Position numbers and translations under genes: made by a program
Part shown: positions 9,801 through 19,427 of the stretch, piece after piece
Position numbering within the stretch: position 1 is the first letter of the stretch
How the letters are laid out: the number at the start of each line of letters is the position of its first letter
Origin: a virus
Lineage: Duplodnaviria > Caudoviricetes
DNA length: 64,000 bases
Reading direction: 5' to 3' (one strand)
Virus record (IMG/VR): IMGVR_UViG_3300020356_000001
Location: 17,362-81,361 of that record
Notes under the pieces: model-generated
The model's database searches: none
Told to the model about the DNA's origin: nothing
The model's input: only the letters and a program-made list of their open reading frames with translations

Positions 9801-12800
9801 CCGCAGATTTACTAATCTGTTCACGCCTTAAACTGCCAGCAGCAAAACCACCACTTAACATATCGGGAAGATCTTTAGCAGTTCGCTCCCAAACTCTTAA
9901 AACTTTTCTAAGCAACTCAGGGTCAGCGTCATGTACGCGAGCAATCTGATCCAACATCATATGACCAGCACCAGAACTTACTAAAGGATCAGCAGCAGCC
10001 AAATAACCACCCCTTCCACTTCCTTTAATAATGTCGTGCATTTCAATAGCAAATCGTTCTATATCTTCAGGCGATTCAATACTTGTCTGACGCATCATCA
10101 ATTCTGCTACACGCACTTCAGTGTCAGCATGTAAACCATAAACCTTAATATTTTTAGCACCCAACGGAGTATCTAAAACAAGGTTGTAACTATAAGGAGA
10201 CGTATTATCTACATACATTCCATCCAAAGTCACATTAAGAGAGGGCTTATCAGCCCACGCCAACTCAGGGCTACCATAACGCAAAGACGGAGCAAGAAAA
10301 GAACTGTTACTCTGATGCAACAACCTTGTTGCAGTACCATTCTTAATAGCCTCATCAATAGTTCTTTGAGGAACTGAACGAGCAGCCAACGTAGCACCAA
10401 TCAAATCATCAGAACCCTGAGCAAAAAAAGGCTGATTAAACTTATTAGCCAAAGCCTCTAATCTAGATTCAAGAAAATCTACATAAGAAGCCTGTTCCTC
10501 TGCTGCTAATCCGGGCATGTGACGGCGAACAAAATTTTCCATACCACCCATACGGTTACGCAAATCTAACAACTCTCTTACTTGATTACCTAACGCTCTA
10601 GTAAGGTCACCATCTACAACACCGCCCTTAACTAAATCCTCGTATGCGAAACGAGCGCTTTGTAACATGCTGTCAATATCTTCTTCAGGATCTAAATAAT
10701 TCCAACCAATATTTTCTTTCAAAGCGCCTTGAGCGCGGTGAAAGAAAGAACCCCCGTTATCAATACGTGTAACACCATCCAAAGCAGAAACGCCTACATT
10801 GTCAAACCCTGTGCCTAACACATCCCAGTTAGATAACAACACATCAGCCGCTAAACCGCGTGCTAAAACTTCAACAAACGGAACACCAACAGCATCAACT
10901 TGTTGCACCCTTGGGTCAGTTGGATCAGCAAGAAACTGCACACCATTACCATCCGTGTAAACCCTTGCAGTAGCAGGATCTAAACCACTCTGTTGAATTG
11001 TAGTTAAATCATCAAGCCAAGGAGACACATGATATATAGAACCATCCGATGCCCTAGAAGCATAAGACGCAGGAGCAGATAAACCTAACTCCCTGTATAA
11101 AGCATTAGACAAAACCTCACCAGTGACACGATCACGCCCGTTACCATTACGGACAAAAAAACTTTCCCCAGTTTCAGGGTCAAACGCTTCATCACCATAC
11201 TGTTTAACATAATAAACTTTGTCACCCAACTGATACTTGCCACCAACATTCGTTCCTAATGGACCCTCAAGTAAAGTTCCATTAATAAGAATGTCATCAA
11301 TGCTTACACCAACAGGACCAGCAGGTATCTGAGAAGTAGTAGGCACATTTTGCATAGCCTGAAGATTTTTTTTCAACTGAACAGCATCTCTGACTGTCAT
11401 AATAATTGGTTCACCACCATTAGGAGGTTGAACTACTAAACGTAAAGGCTGACCCGCTGCTTCCGCAGCATCTTCTAAATCTCGGATAGTTGTAGCGTAG
11501 TAATCTATTTGAATATCAAGAGCCTCATCTATCTGCTGAATCATCTCACTCATTTCACGACCATCAAACAAAGTCGCGCGAGCAGGCAACCCACTACCAG
11601 CATGATATGTGTACAACAAATCCATAACATCAGGAGAAGTTAAAACCTCATCCAAAGACCGACCATCGGCAATACCCTGATCTAATGCTTGAAGAATCCC
11701 TGCTTTAGCAGTCGTCACATTATCAGGAGTAGGAATATCTAAAACATCAACATCAGCAAACTCTGCATAATCATCAATAACTTTAGTTGCTTCTTCCATA
11801 TCTAAACGTATGCGCTTTAATGACCAGTCAAGTTTGTAAGCAGCATTACCCGTTTCCCACCCAGTAAGAACAGCATCTGCTGCACCTGTTGTTGGCACTT
11901 CAACCTTTGGTTGACGAGCCAACACATCTAATTCACGTTCAACACCAAGCCAAACACCAATACCTTTTTCATCAGACTGTTGAAGAATCCCATCCATATT
12001 CCCAAACAACAACTCAACATCAGATTCAAAACCTGCTTCACCAACAAAAATAAACCTGTCACCCTCTTGTCTTAAGAAAGAAGGCAACTCATTAGCAGCA
12101 GCAAACGCAGCCAAATCAGCATTAGGATCAGCAGGATTCAACCCACCCAACTCACGCACAAACAAATCAAAATTATCAGAAGTCTTAAACACACTAGTAA
12201 TAGCACGCTCTAAAAAAAGTACCTGAGCAGTACCACTACCCAAAGTCTCATAAGCAAAACGCAAAGATGTTTCATCCATAGCCAAAGACTTACTCTTATC
12301 AACAAGCCTTAAACGTTCTTCTTCCAACTTAACAATGTTTGCCGCATCAGGATTATCTTCAATGTCTTTGGTCAACCTTGCTATCTGCTCATCAACTTCG
12401 GCTCTTTCAGCCTGAACAGCCACATAACTTTCTTCTTGACGAGTAATCTCATCCGCATAACGCCGTTGAATAGCATCCGCTTCCAACACTTCACGTTCAG
12501 CCTGATCTACAACAGCCTGCAACTCCTCAATGTTCTTATCAACAACAGCCTGATCGCCTACACCTGCTGATTTACGGTTCATAGCCTCCATCAAATTAGA
12601 TGTAGCATTCATCCACGCAGCCTGAGCATCTCTAAAACGGCGACCTGCTTGCACAGCACGAGAACTAGGGAGTTTAACAAACTCAGCCATCCTGTCTATA
12701 AGAATACCCTCAGAAAACAACAGGCTTTCCGTGTAAACCTCACCAGCACGTTTAGAAATCTGATTAACATAACCACGCATAGCAGTCTCAATGTCATCAA

Positions 12801-14823
12801 CAAACAAAGAATAATCCCCACCATTACGTTCAATAATGTCAGTGATCTGCTTCTCAATAGAACCCCAAGTACGCCCATCAGGATCACCAGCGATTTTAGA
12901 TCCGGGTTTATTTAACTTCTCACCCCAAAAATTGTCAGCAATATCACCTTCTTCTTTAAGAAGTTTCCGTGCCTCATCAGGAGTAATCTTCTCACTCTTA
13001 ACACGAGCAGCGACAACAGCCTCAAACTCATCAGGATCAACATACTTACGTCTAAGTTCAGGACCTTGAGGTTTCCATTTACCACGAGACTTATGTATGC
13101 GCCTACTGTATTTACCTGACTTAGCCCACGCTTCCTGAATCGCTTCTTGCGCCTCGTCAGTTAATTGGCGAGGCACATAATTATCTATAAAAGACAACCA
13201 ATCTGCCCCACCACCAGCCCTGTTAGCCTCCACTCTTAACAACTCAAAAGTATCTCTACCTTTCTGCAAAAGAGCATCATCTATACCAGCAGCAGCATTA
13301 ACATCACCAGCCAAAGCATGATACATCTGGCTAACATCTACACCTGCTTCGTCAACATCATTCAAAAAATCGTTAGCGATACGGCTCAACTGAACTTTAG
13401 TACTACGACCTTTTGAATTACCTCGCGCGACAGCATGTATAACACGTTTACCTTGCTGAATAAAAACAGAATCAGAAGATTCACGAATAGCAGTTTTCAA
13501 CTCAGGCAACCGACCAGCAAAACGACCCTTAGTAACCATACGAGTCAACCCGCCACGCTGACCTATAATACCGTTACGTAAACCTTGCGGGATGCCTGTA
13601 ACTAACTTGCCTAAAATAGGAGTTTCAGAAGTCATAATACGCATACCGACAGGAGCCTGAACTCCTTTACGAGTAACCTTATTAATAGCCCTTTCAATAG
13701 GATCAGCAACTCTTAAAGCCCTACCCACTGGACCCGTAAACGGAACCTTCATACCAAAAGACAATTTCATTTTGGCAGCATCATCAGCAGTTAAAAAAGC
13801 ACCTTTAAAACCTTGTTCTGCTTGACGAAAACCTTGACGTAAAGGATCAGTAAAAGCATCATCACCAAATCTTGCAGCACGATCCAAACCACTATCAGCC
13901 CATTTAGAAGCAGCAAAACGAAGATCATCACCATCAACAGATGTCGCACCTTTCTTTTGCGCACGCGCACCTATCTCATATAAACGCTCTAAATCAGCAA
14001 CTTCCTGATCCGTAAACTTAACAACTAAAGACTGTGCATCTTCACCAATTTCTTCAACCGCTGTTCTGGAAGTCCACTCCCAGCCATCATCAACTTTTTT
14101 CAAAGAAGATTTACCACCCTTGGCTATATCACCAGCAATGTCATCCGCTAAAGCAGACCAATTAGCGTTATCCATTTGACGGGCGACATAACCCATACCT
14201 TCATCACCAACTGTTTTACTAAGATTAGTTAAAGCAGACTTACGAACAAGTTCTCTACCTACTTCACGCGCACCTTTTCGAGCCAACGCACTACTAAACG
14301 CTGCACCTTTACCTACAAGACCCAGATAAGACAAAGGATCTAAAGCAACGTCACCAATAAAACCTAAAGCAGCAGCACCAAATTTTTGCCAACCACTATC
14401 ACGATCCTGCATGACATCATAGTCATGCAACAAACGACCAAAAGTATAATTGTCATTAAACTGTTTTTTAAAATCACCCCAACTGGCATCCTGCCCAGTA
14501 AAAACATCAATAGTTTCTTTTAACGCAGAACTAGTAAAAGCCAAAGGCTTTTGAATAACATTAAGAAAGCCGCCTACAGGTCCCTTAGTTAAAGCATTTA
14601 CATACCAAGGAGTGTTTGCTTTAATGTACCGTTCATTAGCCCACGCAACATTGTGACGAGAAGGAGCAATAGTCGTAGACAAAGGCGCTCCTGCGCTTTT
14701 GCCAAGAATTGATTCTAAACGACCACGATCAGTAACTTCACCTACACCAGATATATTACGTTTTTCGCCAAGTATGGCGCTTAATCTGCCTCGGTCTGTG
14801 GATGTAGGAGTTTCATATGCCAT
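6850..14823 (-). CDS. Giant internal virion/ejection-type polyvalent protein (2657 aa) with PI3/4K-HipA-like kinase domain
   Basis: Late-operon position; kinase motifs at about 10450-11280; C-terminal FDYDDLSDFER...VIPFYTWTRKNMP region like large polyvalent virion proteins. Confidence 0.75.
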   Translation of the reverse strand: MAYETPTSTDRGRLSAILGEKRNISGVGEVTDRGRLESILGKSAGAPLSTTIAPSRHNVAWANERYIKANTPWYVNALTKGPVGGFLNVIQKPLAFTSSALKETIDVFTGQDASWGDFKKQFNDNYTFGRLLHDYDVMQDRDSGWQKFGAAALGFIGDVALDPLSYLGLVGKGAAFSSALARKGAREVGRELVRKSALTNLSKTVGDEGMGYVARQMDNANWSALADDIAGDIAKGGKSSLKKVDDGWEWTSRTAVEEIGEDAQSLVVKFTDQEVADLERLYEIGARAQKKGATSVDGDDLRFAASKWADSGLDRAARFGDDAFTDPLRQGFRQAEQGFKGAFLTADDAAKMKLSFGMKVPFTGPVGRALRVADPIERAINKVTRKGVQAPVGMRIMTSETPILGKLVTGIPQGLRNGIIGQRGGLTRMVTKGRFAGRLPELKTAIRESSDSVFIQQGKRVIHAVARGNSKGRSTKVQLSRIANDFLNDVDEAGVDVSQMYHALAGDVNAAAGIDDALLQKGRDTFELLRVEANRAGGGADWLSFIDNYVPRQLTDEAQEAIQEAWAKSGKYSRRIHKSRGKWKPQGPELRRKYVDPDEFEAVVAARVKSEKITPDEARKLLKEEGDIADNFWGEKLNKPGSKIAGDPDGRTWGSIEKQITDIIERNGGDYSLFVDDIETAMRGYVNQISKRAGEVYTESLLFSEGILIDRMAEFVKLPSSRAVQAGRRFRDAQAAWMNATSNLMEAMNRKSAGVGDQAVVDKNIEELQAVVDQAEREVLEADAIQRRYADEITRQEESYVAVQAERAEVDEQIARLTKDIEDNPDAANIVKLEEERLRLVDKSKSLAMDETSLRFAYETLGSGTAQVLFLERAITSVFKTSDNFDLFVRELGGLNPADPNADLAAFAAANELPSFLRQEGDRFIFVGEAGFESDVELLFGNMDGILQQSDEKGIGVWLGVERELDVLARQPKVEVPTTGAADAVLTGWETGNAAYKLDWSLKRIRLDMEEATKVIDDYAEFADVDVLDIPTPDNVTTAKAGILQALDQGIADGRSLDEVLTSPDVMDLLYTYHAGSGLPARATLFDGREMSEMIQQIDEALDIQIDYYATTIRDLEDAAEAAGQPLRLVVQPPNGGEPIIMTVRDAVQLKKNLQAMQNVPTTSQIPAGPVGVSIDDILINGTLLEGPLGTNVGGKYQLGDKVYYVKQYGDEAFDPETGESFFVRNGNGRDRVTGEVLSNALYRELGLSAPASYASRASDGSIYHVSPWLDDLTTIQQSGLDPATARVYTDGNGVQFLADPTDPRVQQVDAVGVPFVEVLARGLAADVLLSNWDVLGTGFDNVGVSALDGVTRIDNGGSFFHRAQGALKENIGWNYLDPEEDIDSMLQSARFAYEDLVKGGVVDGDLTRALGNQVRELLDLRNRMGGMENFVRRHMPGLAAEEQASYVDFLESRLEALANKFNQPFFAQGSDDLIGATLAARSVPQRTIDEAIKNGTATRLLHQSNSSFLAPSLRYGSPELAWADKPSLNVTLDGMYVDNTSPYSYNLVLDTPLGAKNIKVYGLHADTEVRVAELMMRQTSIESPEDIERFAIEMHDIIKGSGRGGYLAAADPLVSSGAGHMMLDQIARVHDADPELLRKVLRVWERTAKDLPDMLSGGFAAGSLRREQISKSAAVVRMALEMGDIAIPTSAFGIDPQRAQMVQKLNSMSFEERLRFAIWMTDTSGGGQVSRRLTEGQIMRPRLTDPWEKNIAKLSTELRKELNIKTGDVPEMLSVYLGQIDSAINPDGWAGQIAKNNFMLSRFAGGIDALLFTMQPSGTPISQLSDKAVKPQQWLFKNFYETYRRSLSADGYNATAWFNEEEITMSANALSEAVPFQGKRFSPSPQLWANMMVTNPLAVHSSDVMTTHRNISRIASDAAFDSADLSDDAARRLHNPYPDDPDMPMIIDPDDESNVLKTAGELWEDEAAAIETIIGKGSMGAAEGQTKFIDAASFLDWWDGQAQSYMGPNYQGVGPNAYQIDLMEALVNKRALLTQNLEEVSVVHAELSRKFANAVADKGRTDVNAGMSQWALDTALAQKQGQIDRAKETLARLGAPENVPLEDIPDDLVEIRLAVGALIDNDAEMLNLALDQFEEGANDWLELVSQFPEGADDLHRIPKREEVLDTVFRSGFKPIGATLQGPEAIVESMVAAERYVARGGAAGFFRKYDKLHNLLRAYMIAKPGFHGRNFMSAVFMNHLSGMNWSNYRRFMRSYWKFQEEEATRLGLTDRASSMRKAMKARGINPNNVNPEHVQYIRQLSESGALGAAGGQVATEFVETGGKGIGPSVTIRGKKINLIDAMNPASSRNAPLRLSRNLGMATETFVRGSLGFDTLYKGGAVDEAFDNVMKFHFDYDDLSDFERNVVKKVIPFYTWTRKNMPLMFEMFARKPAVFNRYNSLKKEIEATTESPPSVYPRWMQRQGAIQLPFKFEGEDMFILPDMPFKAPLELLDPALAFDKDLSVVDRVQIALGTFGTQVTPLIKAPYEWKAKQNLWKDYNFDGRYEVVPRAYAMIPGLMPLLNMGGLAAKNDQGDWAMKDYELHTMAQLLPTFTDFRRLFPDEQRYQERTLSSWMSFAFGIGLRTNTKYEQQMELISRGYEMRDEISQEKSLRGARLR

Positions 14824-14831
14824 AACATTTT

Positions 14832-17405
14832 TTAATTGCCAATACCTGTTGCGCCTTCATATTCAAGGAAATCAGCAAAAGTCTCACCTTCAAATTTAGG
14901 TTTAGTTTGTTTAACAGGTTCAGGATTTAACGGAGCATAATTAGGAACCCAATCCCATTCACCACCAAAATTCCTATCAAACCATCCACGATTATCACGA
15001 ATCTTTTGACCATTTGCACCTATGTAATAATAACGTATCCCATCATGATAACTTTCTATATAAATAGGACGACCATTTACCCATGAGTCAGGAGTTATAG
15101 CAACACCTGCTGCATTTTGTTCATACATTTGAATAGGTGCTTGTTTACCTGTTTTTGGTTCCATCAAATTATCTCTTGAACCGTAACCGCCTTTTTCAAA
15201 AGTAATTCCTTGACCAGTTTGTTTTACTGCATCAGTTTCTTTACTGCCCATACCGCCCGTTTTAGGATCAGTAGTAACTTTTGGACCTGCATCAGTAGCC
15301 ATACGAGCAAAATCTTTTCTTTCTGCTGCAAGTTCAGCATCAATACCTGCTGCCTCTGTTCCAAAATTAGGTTGATTATAAGGAGCGGCGGCTTCTTCAC
15401 GGGCAGTTGTTAACTGCCCCATTTCACTAGCATAAGCCTTAATAAGAGCAATATCTTCTGTACTCATTTGCTTGCCTTGACCTAAAGCATCTGTTTCTGC
15501 AAGACCAGCAAAAAATCCTTCTTGGTCATTTTCGTTCATACCTGCTGCTTCTTGAGCCAAACGAATTAAAGGAGCCTGATTCTCACCATAACGGCGAACC
15601 ATGCTTTCATAAGTACCTTCATCACCAAACTGACCATACAAAGCACGATCAGCAATATATTGATCGCGTACAGCCTTACGTTCAGAAGCACTCATCTGAT
15701 CCCAAAGGATCTTACCCATTTCAGGATTACCACCACCAAGACCATAAAACTCTGCTGCTGCTAAAGAACCAGCAGCCTCAGCCTCAGCAGCCGCATTGTC
15801 TGCCAACCTTGTTGCTTCTTCTTCAGTTTTAGCAGCCGCTATTTCAGCATCATATGCTTCTTTACGGAACTTGTAATCACGAGCATCTTCAAATCTACGT
15901 GTTCTTTCAAACGTATCTCGTTGGTCACGATCCAACTCTGCTTCACTTACACGCAAAGCACGATCCAAAGCAGACTCACTTACACGCAAAGCACGATCCA
16001 AAGCAGACTCACCTTCACGGAACTCACGATCCAATGCAGCCTGACCGGCCTGATAATCTTGCCCTTGTAAGCGTATTCCTTCATCAACCAAGAATTGTTC
16101 ACGGCGCATTTCATCACCAAGCAGAGCATTAATCATATCCTCATCACGAGCCTGATTAAATTGTTCCTGACGTAACTGTTCTGCCAACAAACGTTCAGAT
16201 TCCTCAGCATTCAAACCTTGCAATACTTGGAACGCCTCGTCACCCAAAGCCAAACGAGACTCAGCAGCCAACTGTGCAGGCGCAGCCTGTCTTTCAGCCG
16301 CAGCCATATTCGCTATCTGAGCAAGACGCGACATAGCATCCTGCGAAGAAGCGGCTTGCGAACTAGCAAGACCAGAAGCCAAAGCAGCAGCCTGCTCAAA
16401 CTCGTCTGTAACCTGTGGACCCAAAGCCTGCCTCGCGGCAGCAATACGATCCTCTGAACCAGTAGTTAAACCAGTAGCACGACCAGCAATAGCATCAATC
16501 AAAGCCTGTTGTTGTGCCGTACGATCTGTTTCCAAAGCGCCAATATCACCAGTTAAAGTTCTAGCAATCTCACCAATTTGCTCATTTCGTCTAGCCTCAG
16601 CATTACTTAAACTTGTGCGTCTACCAGAAATTAAATCAATAATATTCTGAGACAAATCTGTTGCTTGACGTTCACCAAACAAATCACGAATAGTTTCTTC
16701 CATATCAGCAGGACGATAATATTCATCGCCTACACCACCACCTGTAACTGCACCTACACCAGCAGGAATACAAACACCATTTGCCCAAGTCCCACCAGTA
16801 AGCGCACACGCTATTGCTGGATCAAAAGTAGGAGGAGGATCATCACCTCCACCAACAGGAACCTCGATTTCAGGGTCAACAACTGTCTCTGCCGCAGCAG
16901 CAGCATTCTGAGCATCAATACGTCTTTGAACTTCTTCCCAATCAACATCACCCAAACCTAAAGTTTTAGGAACCGGCACGCCAGCAGCATCACCATAACG
17001 CTCAGGCACAACCTGACCCGCAGGAACCTGCGCAAACCGATCACCATACTGCTTCTTCAACTCACGCAACTGAACAGCAGCCGCACGAGGATCAGCAGTT
17101 CTACCCGTCATAGCCAACTCTTTACCAGCAGTCATAGCACTACCAGCAGGACGCATCATAGAACCACGTTGAGCAGTTCTGTAATTAAACGGAACATTAG
17201 AACCAGCAGGCAACTGGCTAGTAGGAGAATCATATTTGTTTTGCAAAAACCTTAAAGTTTCTGCTTGACCAACATCACTTCCTTTAAACCCTGCCGCTCT
17301 AGGATCAGCACTTATTTGAGCCGCCGCATTTTTAGCAGCATACTCAGCAGCAGTTTTAGCCAAAGCATCATCAATTAACTTTTGAGTTCCTGCACCAAAA
17401 ACCAT
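14832..17405 (-). CDS. Putative internal virion protein (857 aa, Ala/Gln-rich helical)
   Basis: Composition and position just upstream of the giant protein. Confidence 0.6.
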   Translation of the reverse strand: MVFGAGTQKLIDDALAKTAAEYAAKNAAAQISADPRAAGFKGSDVGQAETLRFLQNKYDSPTSQLPAGSNVPFNYRTAQRGSMMRPAGSAMTAGKELAMTGRTADPRAAAVQLRELKKQYGDRFAQVPAGQVVPERYGDAAGVPVPKTLGLGDVDWEEVQRRIDAQNAAAAAETVVDPEIEVPVGGGDDPPPTFDPAIACALTGGTWANGVCIPAGVGAVTGGGVGDEYYRPADMEETIRDLFGERQATDLSQNIIDLISGRRTSLSNAEARRNEQIGEIARTLTGDIGALETDRTAQQQALIDAIAGRATGLTTGSEDRIAAARQALGPQVTDEFEQAAALASGLASSQAASSQDAMSRLAQIANMAAAERQAAPAQLAAESRLALGDEAFQVLQGLNAEESERLLAEQLRQEQFNQARDEDMINALLGDEMRREQFLVDEGIRLQGQDYQAGQAALDREFREGESALDRALRVSESALDRALRVSEAELDRDQRDTFERTRRFEDARDYKFRKEAYDAEIAAAKTEEEATRLADNAAAEAEAAGSLAAAEFYGLGGGNPEMGKILWDQMSASERKAVRDQYIADRALYGQFGDEGTYESMVRRYGENQAPLIRLAQEAAGMNENDQEGFFAGLAETDALGQGKQMSTEDIALIKAYASEMGQLTTAREEAAAPYNQPNFGTEAAGIDAELAAERKDFARMATDAGPKVTTDPKTGGMGSKETDAVKQTGQGITFEKGGYGSRDNLMEPKTGKQAPIQMYEQNAAGVAITPDSWVNGRPIYIESYHDGIRYYYIGANGQKIRDNRGWFDRNFGGEWDWVPNYAPLNPEPVKQTKPKFEGETFADFLEYEGATGIGN
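15944..16009. repeat. Two perfect 33-bp coding tandem repeats (11-aa unit, e.g. ESALDRALRVS) with degenerate flanking copies
   Basis: CACTTACACGCAAAGCACGATCCAAAGCAGACT x2. Confidence 0.85.
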
Positions 17406-17818
17406 TACAACAACCCCTGCAACGTCTGCGAAATAGCAAACCTTCTCATAGCATTAGCAATCTGATCGTCAACCAAACCGCCATACAAATTCTCATCCAA
17501 AATAGCACGCTGCTTATCTAATTGGCGTCTCGCCTGCTCCGCAGAAGACTCAACACCAGTCAAAGCCAACTCCGCTTCACCCGCTGCTATTTCTCTACCC
17601 CTGCGAAATAAGCCAGAATCCAACATCCCACGCCTATTAAACTGACCCGGCAATGTACGAGCAGCATTCTTAATCTGCTGATTAGTTCTAAAAGTATTCA
17701 TCGCTTGGTCACGACCCAAACGTTCAGAGGCACGCTGAATATCATCCATGCCGTAACCGTACTCTTGTGTACGGCGACCCATCGAACCTTTACGTTCGGT
17801 GTACCCCGAATAAGCCAT
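17405..17818 (-). CDS. Putative virion protein (137 aa)
   Basis: Overlapping stop/start coupling; RGMLDSGL motif. Confidence 0.6.
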   Translation of the reverse strand: MAYSGYTERKGSMGRRTQEYGYGMDDIQRASERLGRDQAMNTFRTNQQIKNAARTLPGQFNRRGMLDSGLFRRGREIAAGEAELALTGVESSAEQARRQLDKQRAILDENLYGGLVDDQIANAMRRFAISQTLQGLL

Positions 17819-18198
17819 TAGTTAAATACTTGCCCTGATAGTAAAAGAGTTGCTGTTTCAACATTAACATTAACAGTCACATCCCCGCTTGCACCCCCGC
17901 CGCTGATCGCAACACCCGCAGTCACACCTGTGATATCGCCTGTTGTAGGAGCAGTCCACGACAACCCAGATGCTGTTGACGAGTCCGCAGTTAACACATG
18001 TGTATTTGTTCCCACTGACAATTTCGTTGCAGCATCCGCACCCGTTCCGACAATCAGATCCCCCTTGGCATCCGTGTCCACAGTCAGAGTCACAGCACCC
18101 TCGCTGCCGCCCCCCGCAAGACCCGACCCCGCAACAACATCGCTGATATCGCCCGTCTGACCCTGAGTTAACCTCTGATCTATTCTCTGTATACTCAT
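17818..18198 (-). CDS. Tail-fibre-like small protein with an internal GDI..V.AG...GGG repeat
   Basis: GDISDVVAGSGLAGGG and GDITGVTAGVAISGGG; KGDLIVGTG motif. Confidence 0.6.
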   Translation of the reverse strand: MSIQRIDQRLTQGQTGDISDVVAGSGLAGGGSEGAVTLTVDTDAKGDLIVGTGADAATKLSVGTNTHVLTADSSTASGLSWTAPTTGDITGVTAGVAISGGGASGDVTVNVNVETATLLLSGQVFN

Positions 18199-18206
18199 GT
18201 CGTTCC

Positions 18207-18500
18207 TTATTGTCCAAAGTAAGTAATGTGAATAGTGCTGCTTGAAGAACCAACGCGAATAAATTTCACATCCGCTAAGTCATCTTGGTACAAATCTAAA
18301 ACACTGTAAGGATTTAGATAATGCCCCACAGAAGCAGTTGGTGTACCCCAACGCACCCTTATAGGTTCCGCCCCATTAGTAATCATGCACGCTACTGAAC
18401 CTGCTGGAACTGTTAAAGCCACAGCACTATCGGCAACTGTAAGCGACTGATCTCCTACAAGATTTCCGTATGCTGAAGCCGCTTGAATTATTCCTGCCAT
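18207..18500 (-). CDS. Small beta-rich structural protein
   Basis: 97-aa ORF in late operon; PTASVGHYL motif. Confidence 0.6.
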   Translation of the reverse strand: MAGIIQAASAYGNLVGDQSLTVADSAVALTVPAGSVACMITNGAEPIRVRWGTPTASVGHYLNPYSVLDLYQDDLADVKFIRVGSSSSTIHITYFGQ

Positions 18501-18647
18501 TTAATTTCGCCTTCCGAAAATATTCATATTTGCCACCATTTCTATTTCTTCTATACTTTGGGACAACTTACGAAGTTCGTATTCAATACTTACTGCGTTT
18601 TGTCCCAAAAACTTGTGAGAAGGTCTATATAAAGTAGAAGTTGTCAC
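18501..18647 (-). CDS. Small hypothetical protein (48 aa, GTG start, not in ORF track)
   Basis: Fills the gap between coupled genes; MTTSTLYRPSHKF...NIFGRRN. Confidence 0.45.
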   Translation of the reverse strand: MTTSTLYRPSHKFLGQNAVSIEYELRKLSQSIEEIEMVANMNIFGRRN

Positions 18648-19075
18648 TAATCCTCCAACTCATCTATACGCTCATGCACCATCGTAAACTCTGTAGGAAT
18701 CCACGCGAGTCCAGCAACAATTTCTTTCATATCATTAACTTCTCTTATTACTTGATTCATGTCAGATGCCATTGCCTCTACCACAAGAGAAGGGGCGAAT
18801 CTGTCCAAATCATCAAGACGAGCAGCGCGTACATCACTAATAGAATCCGCATTTTCTTCGACACCATTTTGAATCTCATCCAGTTTCGCTAAAACACTGG
18901 AATCAGTACCAGTATTCTGTTCAATAACAGCAACCTTCGCTTCCAAATCAGAGATTTGGTTAGCGACTGATGCGGCTTTCCAAACGACCACACCTGAGAT
19001 GGAGGCTACAGACATGATGAGTCCAAGCGTTAGTCTTGATACTCCTATTCGTTTTATGTCTGTTACGTCATCCAT
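18647..19075 (-). CDS. Membrane-anchored coiled-coil protein, homolog of 44681-45157
   Basis: N-terminal TM segment; aligns with VSRITLGLIMSVA...NTGTDS.VLAKLDEI. Confidence 0.7.
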   Translation of the reverse strand: MDDVTDIKRIGVSRLTLGLIMSVASISGVVVWKAASVANQISDLEAKVAVIEQNTGTDSSVLAKLDEIQNGVEENADSISDVRAARLDDLDRFAPSLVVEAMASDMNQVIREVNDMKEIVAGLAWIPTEFTMVHERIDELED

Positions 19076-19079
19076 TTAG

Positions 19080-19388
19080 TTATTCGGCTGCCTTTGCTGC
19101 TGCTGTAGGAGGATCATCAGGCCAAACAACTTCGGACACCTTGCTAAAACTAGCAGGTAAGTCACGTAGTTCTTGTCTGTATGTCGCCCATTCCTCAGCG
19201 GTATGATCGCCTAATGTTGCGTCTGCTATTTGAGTCCAGTCACAATCACGCAACAATGCGTTACGATGCACTCTGGTAAAAGTGAAATCCAGATCCATTG
19301 CTGTGGCTCTATCTTCCATTTCTTTTATTTCTTCTGCCGTGAGTTCGATGTACTCACCGTTCACGACCTTATATCTTGGTTCTGCCAT
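19080..19388 (-). CDS. Tail-fibre assembly chaperone-like protein (copy 1)
   Basis: RNALLRDCDWTQ...WATYRQELRDLP...WPDDP motif. Confidence 0.8.
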   Translation of the reverse strand: MAEPRYKVVNGEYIELTAEEIKEMEDRATAMDLDFTFTRVHRNALLRDCDWTQIADATLGDHTAEEWATYRQELRDLPASFSKVSEVVWPDDPPTAAAKAAE

Positions 19389-19427
19389 ATTTTCTCCTAT
19401 CCTGCTCCATTTATTCCATATAATGTA
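19080..19427. repeat. Direct repeat, copy 1 (copy 2 at 63653-64000; offset 44,573 bp)
   Basis: Manual alignment: 2 mismatches over 19246-19427, about 15 over about 19102-19245. Confidence 0.95.

Noticed and set aside
7075-16961. Many short plus-strand ORFs over the arm A late genes
   Set aside because: Antisense shadows of long minus-strand genes with biased codon usage.
17870-18253. Cys-rich 127-aa ORF
   Set aside because: Alternative-frame product of Gly/Ala/Thr codons in 17818-18198.
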